From Candidatus Micrarchaeota archaeon (GTDB lineage: Archaea > Micrarchaeota > Micrarchaeia > Anstonellales > Anstonellaceae): 64,000 nucleotides of DNA. The position numbers and the translations under genes were made by a program. Below the pieces are notes generated by a model. That model saw only the letters and a program-made list of their open reading frames with translations. It did not search any database and was not told the origin of the DNA. Below, piece by piece: positions 19,673-27,283 of the stretch. Numbering within the stretch: the stretch's first letter is position 1; each line of letters starts with the position of its first letter. The stretch covers positions 7,484 to 71,483 of the forward strand of contig CAYMOY010000001.1 in NCBI GenBank assembly GCA_964392435.1. The letters are read 5' to 3'.

Positions 19673-21028
19673 ATGGCTGAAAAGAAAAAAATAACGCCTG
19701 CTAAAGGGAAGCTGGGGGTGCTCACTCCCGGCCTTGGCGCGGTCTCCACCACTTTCATAGCGGGCGTCATGCTTGCGAGGAAAAACGGCATGCTTCCTGC
19801 GGGGAGCCTCACGCAGATGCAGACGATACGCCTTGGGAAGCGCGACGAGAACCGCTCGCCTTTGATTAAGGATTTCGTGCCCCTCGCCTCCCTTTCCGAC
19901 CTGGAATTCGCGGCATGGGACATCTTCCCTGACAACGCCTACGAAGCCGCGAGGAAAGCCGGCGTGCTTTCCGCCGAGCACCTCGATTTGGTGAAAGGCG
20001 AGCTTGAAAAAATCAAGCCCATGAAGGCGGTATTCGACCGCAATTTCATCAAGAACATCAACGGGCCGAACGTGAAAACCGGCGCGAACAAGATGGAGCT
20101 TGCACAACAGGTAAGAGACGACATCCGCCGCTTCAAGAAGGAGAAGAACCTCTCGCGCATGGTCGCGGTCTGGTGCGCAAGCACCGAGACTTATACCGAG
20201 CAGCAGCCCGTGCACGCATCGCTTGTTGCATTCGAAGAGGGGCTTGCCAAAAGCGACCCCGCGATAGCCCCCTCGATGATTTACGCGTACGCCGCTCTGA
20301 TGGAAGGTGTGCCGTATGTGAACGGCTCCCCGCAACTGACACTGGACATTCCCGCGCTTGAGGAGCTTGCAAGAAAGCAGGGTCTTCCGATTGCAGGAAA
20401 GGACTTCAAGACAGGGCAGACCCTGGTAAAAACCACGATTGCGCCCATGTTCAAGACAAGAATGCTTGGCGTCAAGGGCTGGTTTTCCACGAACATACTG
20501 GGCAACCGCGACGGGCTTGTGCTTGACGACGCCGGCTCATTCAAGAGCAAGGAAATGAGCAAGAAGTCATCGCTGGACTTCATATTCCAGCCCGCAATGT
20601 ACCCCGACTTGTACAAGGACATGTACCACAAGGTAAGAATCGAGTACTATCCCCCGAAGGGCGACGACAAGGAGGGCTGGGACAACATAGACATATTCGG
20701 CTGGATGGGCTACCCCATGCAGATAAAAATCAACTTCCTGTGCAAGGACAGCATCCTCGCCGCGCCGATTGTCCTTGACTTGGCGCTGTTCATGGATTTG
20801 GCGCAAAGGGCCGGCATGGTGGGCATGCAGGAGTGGCTGTCGTTTTACTTCAAGGCGCCCATGCACGCGCCGACAGTTTCTCCGGAACACGATATCTCCA
20901 TCCAGCACATGAAGTTGAAAAACACGCTTAGGTACATCATGGGCGAGGATTTGATTACCCATCTGGGCGTGGAATACTACGACTATTGGGGCAAGGGGAA
21001 GCAGGCAGCCGAAGGGAAAGGCACTTAA
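19673..21028 (+). CDS. ino1: myo-inositol-1-phosphate synthase
   Basis: GLGAVSTT, GKDFKTGQT, NILGNRDG, GDDKEGWD, DSILAAP. Confidence 0.93.
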   Translation: MAEKKKITPAKGKLGVLTPGLGAVSTTFIAGVMLARKNGMLPAGSLTQMQTIRLGKRDENRSPLIKDFVPLASLSDLEFAAWDIFPDNAYEAARKAGVLSAEHLDLVKGELEKIKPMKAVFDRNFIKNINGPNVKTGANKMELAQQVRDDIRRFKKEKNLSRMVAVWCASTETYTEQQPVHASLVAFEEGLAKSDPAIAPSMIYAYAALMEGVPYVNGSPQLTLDIPALEELARKQGLPIAGKDFKTGQTLVKTTIAPMFKTRMLGVKGWFSTNILGNRDGLVLDDAGSFKSKEMSKKSSLDFIFQPAMYPDLYKDMYHKVRIEYYPPKGDDKEGWDNIDIFGWMGYPMQIKINFLCKDSILAAPIVLDLALFMDLAQRAGMVGMQEWLSFYFKAPMHAPTVSPEHDISIQHMKLKNTLRYIMGEDLITHLGVEYYDYWGKGKQAAEGKGT

Positions 21029-21061
21029 ACCTGTGTCTGCACAAATTCCTGTGTGATTTAA

Positions 21062-21367
21062 ATGGCAAATATAACACTTTCAATACCCGACGCAATCCGC
21101 GTGCAGATGGACCAGCACTCCGAGATAAAGTGGAGCGAAGTCGCAAAGAGCGCCATCGCGGCAAAGGTAATCGAGCTTCACAAGCTTTCCATCCTCAAAA
21201 AATACATCGACAAAGAACCCATTTCCGAGGCGGACTGGGCGTGGATGGACCAGCACGATTGGCATCCTGTGGACGAACTACCAATGAAAAAATCATTCAT
21301 TGCCAGCCTGAAGGCTTCGCGCAAGGAAAAGTCCAGTCCGACTACCATCGACGCGCTTTTCAAGTGA
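21062..21367 (+). CDS. Putative antitoxin (RHH-like N-terminus)
   Basis: MANITLSIPD...EIKWSEVAKSAI; directly upstream of RelE-like gene. Confidence 0.65.
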   Translation: MANITLSIPDAIRVQMDQHSEIKWSEVAKSAIAAKVIELHKLSILKKYIDKEPISEADWAWMDQHDWHPVDELPMKKSFIASLKASRKEKSSPTTIDALFK

Positions 21368-21371
21368 GCCG

Positions 21372-21632
21372 ATGTATTCCCTTGAAAAAACAGACCACTG
21401 CAAGCTGCAAATACGCAAGCTTACTTCCAAAAACAAGCGGTTGGAAAATGCCCTGCGGAGCAAAATTGATGAAATACTGGAAAACCCCTATCATTTCAAG
21501 CCATTGGGCAACGTTATGGCTGGCATGCGCAGGGTCCACATAATGGGGTGTTTTGTGCTGACTTATGACATTGACGAGCCAAGCGGGAAAGTTATCCTGA
21601 AGCGCTTTTCCCACCACGACGAGGCTTATTGA
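21372..21632 (+). CDS. RelE/StbE-family toxin
   Basis: KIDEILENPYHFKPL...RRVHI..FVLTY.ID...HHDEAY. Confidence 0.8.
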   Translation: MYSLEKTDHCKLQIRKLTSKNKRLENALRSKIDEILENPYHFKPLGNVMAGMRRVHIMGCFVLTYDIDEPSGKVILKRFSHHDEAY

Positions 21633-22237
21633 TGGCACTGAAAAAAATCCCAGTTCTATTATCCATTCAAAAGTCAGCGGGGCGCATCTTTGCCGCGCTC
21701 CCCTTCTCCGCGAACCAGATAACGGTTTCCTCGGTCGTTCTTGCGGCAATCGGCTTTTTCTTTTCCCTCTCGCAGCAGCTCTATCCCTCGCTGTTCTTCT
21801 TCCTGCTTTCCGCGGCGGCTGACGCGCTTGACGGGGCGGTCGCACGCGCAAAGAAGCAGGTGTCCGCCCGCGGGGCGTACATAGACGGCATAACTGACAG
21901 GCTGGTGGAATTCCTCTTCATCCTCTCGCTTCTTGCCTATCCCCTGCCCTCATTCATCATTTCAGCCCCGCTGCTGCTGATAATCATCCTCTTCTTCGGC
22001 TCGGCAATGACTTCCTTTGCAACCGCCTACGCGGAGCACAGGCATGTTGCCGACGCGAAGAAGATAGCCGCCCAGCCCGGCATCCTCCCGCGTGCGGAAC
22101 GCATTATCCTGCTCGCGCTGGCGATGATAACGATTCCCGCCAATCCGGCTTTCGCGTCAGGCGTGCTGTTCGCAACAGCCGCGCTGTGCATGGTGACATT
22201 CGCGCAGAGGTTTTGCTACTTTGCCGCTGATGATTAG
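21629..22237 (+). CDS. CDP-alcohol phosphatidyltransferase (probable archaetidylinositol-phosphate synthase)
   Basis: DALDGAVAR...GAYIDGITDR motif; near ino1. Confidence 0.85.
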   Translation: MMALKKIPVLLSIQKSAGRIFAALPFSANQITVSSVVLAAIGFFFSLSQQLYPSLFFFLLSAAADALDGAVARAKKQVSARGAYIDGITDRLVEFLFILSLLAYPLPSFIISAPLLLIIILFFGSAMTSFATAYAEHRHVADAKKIAAQPGILPRAERIILLALAMITIPANPAFASGVLFATAALCMVTFAQRFCYFAADD

Positions 22238-22635
22238 GCGAAGTAATTGAATTCTTCCCTGTTTTTGTCCTTTATCTCCGTGTTATCCTTTACTGGCTTC
22301 ATGAAAAAGGCAGTCAGGAAATTCAAGTCTACCTGGCTTTGGGGGAGCCTATTGCTTCGCGCCTGCTCGCCCACGAGCCGGGCAAGCTCCTTTTCCACTC
22401 TGGCTGCAAAATCGCCAAGCCCGTTATTTCGAAGCGCCCCTAGGAACTCTTTTCTTTCAGACTCCACCTTAAGGTCGTATTGGGTGGTCGTCTCCACCTG
22501 CGTATTTTTGGAAAATACGCTTATTGTTCCAGTCATCTTGCTAACATCCACTCTCACAGTTGTTATGGAATCCGGCGTCTCTTTCCGGACTGATTGGTCC
22601 GTTGTCTTGAGGGCCACCAGCTGCATAAGCATCAT
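22234..22635 (-). CDS. Hypothetical protein
   Basis: 133-aa ORF coupled to upstream ORF. Confidence 0.55.
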   Translation of the reverse strand: MMLMQLVALKTTDQSVRKETPDSITTVRVDVSKMTGTISVFSKNTQVETTTQYDLKVESERKEFLGALRNNGLGDFAARVEKELARLVGEQARSNRLPQSQVDLNFLTAFFMKPVKDNTEIKDKNREEFNYFA

Positions 22636-23474
22636 AATTTAGCACCATAAGTCGGGTCAACTCTCACGCTAGTCGATCCATCTGGGGAAAAATGCACCAG
22701 ATAGCCCAGTATTGCCGGGTCCCGCATGTCCGCGCCACCTTCTGCGGGCGTGAATTTCGGGTTTTGCAGGTCTGGAAAGTTGCTATCGGAGTCCTTATTC
22801 ACGTACAATTTGCCCCCCTTCCCGGTAATAATCATGGAAGAAGTCGGCGTAGTTGCGAAGATTGCTCCGTTTGGGGCAATAAAAATCTGCTCCGGGCCAA
22901 TGAAGATCCGGCTTGAGTCATCAGCGTATATGAATGACACCCTGGCTGTTCTGTTCTTGGCATCCGGGGCAACCCTCATTATCCCATCTGTGAAAACAAG
23001 ATAAGCGCTCTTTCCTATGCCCTCGACTTGGGCGTAAATCACCAGCCTGATGCCGCTGAGGGTCAGCTTCGCAAGCCAGCTGTCTTTCAATTGCCTGGCA
23101 AAATCAACCTCTAAGTCGTAGTGCTGCCCCTCGAACTCAAAGCCTTTTAGGCGCAACACCCCGTCTTTCAGGCTGTCAATGTCGAAATATTTCTTCCCGC
23201 GGACCTCAAAGCCTGTTTGCTGCCAGACCAACCCGCTCGGGTCGCGATCCCTTGTCTGCGCCAGGGTGCCGCTTTGATTTTGCGCAATCGAGAATACCGC
23301 GGCCATTATGGTCGCAGCGTAAATAGGATGCCTCAACGCGAACCTGCCCGCCCTCAGGGCCTCCTTCATTCTCCTTCTGAAAACAGAATCAGAGCGCAAT
23401 TTTTCTGACCTATCGGCAGCTTGGGTTTGGATTTTTTTTCTCAGGGCTGGCATTTGCATTGCCTTTGGTCGCAT
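22632..23474 (-). CDS. Hypothetical protein with one TM or signal segment
   Basis: Long ORF; start uncertain. Confidence 0.55.
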   Translation of the reverse strand: MRPKAMQMPALRKKIQTQAADRSEKLRSDSVFRRRMKEALRAGRFALRHPIYAATIMAAVFSIAQNQSGTLAQTRDRDPSGLVWQQTGFEVRGKKYFDIDSLKDGVLRLKGFEFEGQHYDLEVDFARQLKDSWLAKLTLSGIRLVIYAQVEGIGKSAYLVFTDGIMRVAPDAKNRTARVSFIYADDSSRIFIGPEQIFIAPNGAIFATTPTSSMIITGKGGKLYVNKDSDSNFPDLQNPKFTPAEGGADMRDPAILGYLVHFSPDGSTSVRVDPTYGAKL

Positions 23475-23515
23475 GTTTGTCTGCTGCAAGCGAATATTTA
23501 ACCCTTTCTGCAAAT

Positions 23516-24121
23516 TTACTGCGTGTCTTTTGCCAAGTCGAACTCGCGAAGGATCTTTTTCACGCCTTGCTCGATGAAAAGAACAAGCTTGCTCTCCTTG
23601 CCGTTCACATCCGTGACGGTTATTATCGCCCACTTGTCCTTGCCCTTGCCGTAAGAAACTGCATTCCCTGAGACTATCTCCGCCGCGCTTTCCCACAAAT
23701 CGTCAATCTGGTCGCGGCTTCCCCTGCCTTCCCTGCTGGCAACAACGCCGTGCTTCATTATCAGTATCGGGATGCCCCCGCTGTTGTACATCAGCAAAAC
23801 ATCGCTGTTCTGGGCCTCTTCCTCCCCGGTTCTTCCCGCCGCCTTACTCAGGACAGAAGGGGATATGACCATGGTGGTGTTGTAGACCTTTCCGTATTCA
23901 TTGGCGAAATTGTTCACGCTCAGCCAGCCGCCGCTTTTCAGCTCCCCAATTATCCTTACCGGGCCGTCTGGCTGTTTGGTCTCCTGCATCAGCAGGCTGT
24001 TTTCATTGATGGGCTTGTCAAAGAATTTGCCGAAGGCCCCCTGCGGGATTTTCGCATCCAGCTTGGCAGCTCCAGTCGCAAGCATCCCAACTGCAAGAAA
24101 AACGGCTGTACTTTTTCTCAT
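23516..24121 (-). CDS. Hypothetical secreted protein
   Basis: MRKSTAVFLAVGMLATGAA signal peptide. Confidence 0.6.
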   Translation of the reverse strand: MRKSTAVFLAVGMLATGAAKLDAKIPQGAFGKFFDKPINENSLLMQETKQPDGPVRIIGELKSGGWLSVNNFANEYGKVYNTTMVISPSVLSKAAGRTGEEEAQNSDVLLMYNSGGIPILIMKHGVVASREGRGSRDQIDDLWESAAEIVSGNAVSYGKGKDKWAIITVTDVNGKESKLVLFIEQGVKKILREFDLAKDTQ

Positions 24122-24205
24122 CTCCACACCCCCGTTAAACTGGGAAAATATGGGCGGCGTGGTATTTATTGGTTTGCCAAAAATGGCAAAAAGCGTATAA
24201 GCTAT

Positions 24206-24278
24206 TCAGCCCGCCCTTCTCAACAAAGCCTGCCTGTGAAAACCAAGCTCACCCTGCGCGGCGCAGCAGCGCCTGCCT
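24206..24278 (-). repeat. Synonymously recoded duplicate of the last 9 codons and stop of the upstream gene
   Basis: Both 24249-24278 and 24206-24235 encode RQALLRRAG*; 9 nt differences, all synonymous. Confidence 0.85.
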
Positions 24279-25082
24279 TCCCTTGCGCGTGAGCCGGTAA
24301 TAGACGAATTTCCGCCCTGGCGTGGCAAGCCTTTCGACAAATCCGGCGGAAAGAAGCGCTTCCAAATGCTCCACCACAGTTGCCTTGCTCTTTCCAAGCC
24401 GGGCTGACAGGTCGGTGGGAATCTTGTCCGCAGCTGACAGCTCCTCCATTATGCCCGCGCGGGTCCGGTTCTCAAGAAGCCGCTCCTCCTGAGGGTCAAG
24501 CTGCACCTGGGCCTGCCTTTGCTGCAAGACAAGATATGAGGCAACAATCACAAGCACGAATGCGCCCACCAGCTGGGCAACCTGCTCAAGTGAAATCTTC
24601 GATGGTGGAACGGCAGCCCTGGCGGCTGCATCCGAGTATTGTTCGCCTTCCCCCCCAAGACCGATGTCCTGCGCAGCCATTTTCTGCGCAGCAGCCTCTG
24701 GCGAACCGTTTTTTGTGGCCATCATGCACTCCAGCGTCTGGTCGCAATCCAGCCAATTGCCATTTGCGCAATAATAATTCCGGTAGGAAAGCGCGTAAAG
24801 CGCGGTGCTGTTGCAGCCAGTCTGAAGCGCCCTGTTTTCCGCCAGCCACTCTAGCTCCAAAACAAGAGCCTGCTGGCTTGCCTCCTGCCCGCTCACTGAT
24901 ACATACGCGGGCTGGGGAAAGGCATTTGCAAAGACGGCATAGTTCCCGAAATGCCCCTCAAAAGTGGCGTTTTGCCCAGAAAGGGCAAATGCCGACTCTG
25001 GAGAAAAGTAAGCCCTGTACTCTGCTGCGGCTGACAGCGAAAGCAGGAGCGCGAGGCTTGCTGCCAATAGCGGAATTCTCAT
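24249..25082 (-). CDS. Membrane-anchored transcriptional regulator (signal peptide, external domain, TM, C-terminal ArsR-like wHTH)
   Basis: TRAGIMEEL...PTDLSARLGKSKATVVEHLEALLSAGFVER...YYRLTRKG. Confidence 0.75.
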   Translation of the reverse strand: MRIPLLAASLALLLSLSAAAEYRAYFSPESAFALSGQNATFEGHFGNYAVFANAFPQPAYVSVSGQEASQQALVLELEWLAENRALQTGCNSTALYALSYRNYYCANGNWLDCDQTLECMMATKNGSPEAAAQKMAAQDIGLGGEGEQYSDAAARAAVPPSKISLEQVAQLVGAFVLVIVASYLVLQQRQAQVQLDPQEERLLENRTRAGIMEELSAADKIPTDLSARLGKSKATVVEHLEALLSAGFVERLATPGRKFVYYRLTRKGRQALLRRAG

Positions 25083-25116
25083 GCAATTCTTCCCCCTGCC
25101 CGTGAATATAAATCGT

Positions 25117-25232
25117 TCGGTTTTTATTCGGCGCACCGAATAAAAATCTGATGCATTTTCGTTGCAACGAAAATGGCACATCGGTTTTTATTCGGCGCAC
25201 TGAACAATAAGCGATGCGTTCTGCAGCGCAAA
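25117..25232. repeat. 20-bp direct repeat with palindromic hairpins
   Basis: TCGGTTTTTATTCGGCGCAC at 25117-25136 and 25181-25200; hairpins TTTTTATTCGG-CGCA-CCGAATAAAAA and CATTTTCGT-TGCA-ACGAAAATG. Confidence 0.8.
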
Positions 25233-25364
25233 ACCGCGCCCCTTTTTGCCCCGCAAAAAAGACGCCTTCCACACCTCTGTGATGGTGGCAAAGGGGGAAA
25301 AGACGATTTGCAGCTATGACTCTGATTCCGTAAAACAGGCCAGGCGCCAGGGGCCTGAATGGGG

Positions 25365-25562
25365 CTAGGGCTTTGCCAGCTTGATGTCTGCTGCGGTTAC
25401 TGTCTTTCTGCCCGCGTGCTTGGCGAATCTTATTGCCCTTGAGGAAATCTCCAGCCCCGCCCTCTCCAATATCTCGGCCAGCTCTTCTGCGGCATCGTCG
25501 CTGACCCGGTCAGCGCCAGCCTCGCGTATTATCTTTTCAACAGGGGCTTTCGGAAGTATCAT
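25365..25562 (-). CDS. Archaeal histone (HMf-type)
   Basis: [22 protein letters not shown]...[14 protein letters not shown]. Confidence 0.93.
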   Translation of the reverse strand: MILPKAPVEKIIREAGADRVSDDAAEELAEILERAGLEISSRAIRFAKHAGRKTVTAADIKLAKP

Positions 25563-25621
25563 CTTTCCACCGGCAATCTTGTGCAGTCATGTAATTAAAT
25601 GCTATCTTCGTTTTCTGGCGC

Positions 25622-27247
25622 ATGGCAGGAATCATCAGGCCAGGCATCCTCCCGAGGGCCTACCAGCTGGCAATAGCCTCCTCCGCATTGGCAAAAGGCA
25701 ACACGCTGGTTGTGCTGCCCACAGGCCTGGGAAAGACGCTAATCGCCTTTCTGGTGATTGAAGGGCGGATAAATGGGGGAAGGGTGATTTTCCTGGCCCC
25801 AACAAAGCCTCTGGTCTCCCAGCACCACCGGACTTTTCTCGAATCGGCAGACTTTCTGGAGCAGGACTGCTCGCTTATCACCGGGGAGGTGGCACCGAAA
25901 AAACGCGAAGAGCTTTGGAAAAGGCGCGTGTGCTTTTCCACCCCGCAGTCCTTCCAAAACGACATCAAGGCTGGGCGCACGGACGGCGCCTGCTCGGTCT
26001 GCGTCATAGATGAGGCGCACCGCTCGGTGGGAAGCTATGCCTACACGTTTGTGGCCAAGAAAGTCGCAACGTCGGGCGGGCAGCTTTTGGGGCTTACTGC
26101 CTCTCCCGGGGGAAGCAGGCAGAGGATACAGGAAATAGTGGATGCTCTTGGCATACAGAACATAGAGATACGAACTGCGCAGGACGGGGATGTTGCGCCA
26201 TATGTCAAGCGCCTGGAGATATCGTACATACGCGTTCCTTTGGGCCAGCGCTTTTCCGAAATCCGCCGCCAGCTGCAGCTGATGCTTTTTGACAACGCCA
26301 AGTGGCTCTCCAGCCTGGGCTTCCACGCCCCGCTGCGCTCGAAAAAGGGCCTTGTGGAGCTTCGGGGGAAAATACTGCGCGCTTCGGACCGCGTCAAGTA
26401 TTCCGCGCTTTCCTACTACACGACAATATTCAACCTGGTGCACATGCTGGAGCTTATAGAGACCCAGGGGCTTGCCACTTTTCTTGCCTATGTGGAGAAG
26501 CTCAAGGCAAGGGACGAGACGAAGGCAAAAAGGCGCCTGCTCTCGGACGAGCGGTTCAAAATCGCGCTGGAGCTTTGCCAGTCTGCGCAGGAGCACCCCA
26601 AACTCGAGGAGCTTATCGGGCTTCTTGAGAAAAGGCGGGGGGAAAAAGTGCTGGTCTTTGCGCAGTACCGCAAGCAGGTCGAGACCATAGTCGGGGCACT
26701 GCGCGCAAAAGGCTGGAAGGCTGAGCGCTTCTTGGGGAAAAAGGAAGGGGTAACATCCGAGGAGCAGAAAATCACCATAGAGCGGTTCAGGAAAGGCGAG
26801 TTTGATGTGATGGTGGCCACCTCCATCGGGGAGGAGGGGCTGGACATACCCTCTGTGGACACTGTGGTCTTTTTTGAGCCAATCCCCTCAGAAATACGCT
26901 CGATACAGAGGCGGGGAAGGGCAGGCAGGCTCAAGGCAGGCAATGTTTTCGTGCTGATAACAACTGACACGCGCGACGAGGCATCATACCGCTCCTCGAA
27001 AAAGAAGGAGGAGAATATGCATCGCATAGTGGGGCATATGAAGCGGCAATTTTCAAGCGGGGCCCGCATGATGCAAAACGCAGGGCTTTCTGGCGAGCAA
27101 AAGCAGGCAATCGCAACTGGCGGGGCAGGGCAGGAAAAATCCGAAGCCTCGGGCAAAGGGCGGCTTTTGAAGGATGCGGCTTATCCGATGCCATCTGCGA
27201 AAAAAAAGCGCAACGAGCAATCGCAATCCAGGCTGACGGACTTCTGA
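25622..27247 (+). CDS. Hef/FANCM-like DEAH helicase without the ERCC4 nuclease domain
   Basis: PTGLGKT, DEAH, TASPGG, EEGLDI, QRRGRAGR; ends QSRLTDF. Confidence 0.88.
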   Translation: MAGIIRPGILPRAYQLAIASSALAKGNTLVVLPTGLGKTLIAFLVIEGRINGGRVIFLAPTKPLVSQHHRTFLESADFLEQDCSLITGEVAPKKREELWKRRVCFSTPQSFQNDIKAGRTDGACSVCVIDEAHRSVGSYAYTFVAKKVATSGGQLLGLTASPGGSRQRIQEIVDALGIQNIEIRTAQDGDVAPYVKRLEISYIRVPLGQRFSEIRRQLQLMLFDNAKWLSSLGFHAPLRSKKGLVELRGKILRASDRVKYSALSYYTTIFNLVHMLELIETQGLATFLAYVEKLKARDETKAKRRLLSDERFKIALELCQSAQEHPKLEELIGLLEKRRGEKVLVFAQYRKQVETIVGALRAKGWKAERFLGKKEGVTSEEQKITIERFRKGEFDVMVATSIGEEGLDIPSVDTVVFFEPIPSEIRSIQRRGRAGRLKAGNVFVLITTDTRDEASYRSSKKKEENMHRIVGHMKRQFSSGARMMQNAGLSGEQKQAIATGGAGQEKSEASGKGRLLKDAAYPMPSAKKKRNEQSQSRLTDF

Positions 27248-27283
27248 TTCCCCTTTTTAATCCTTTTTTGCCATTCTTATAAC

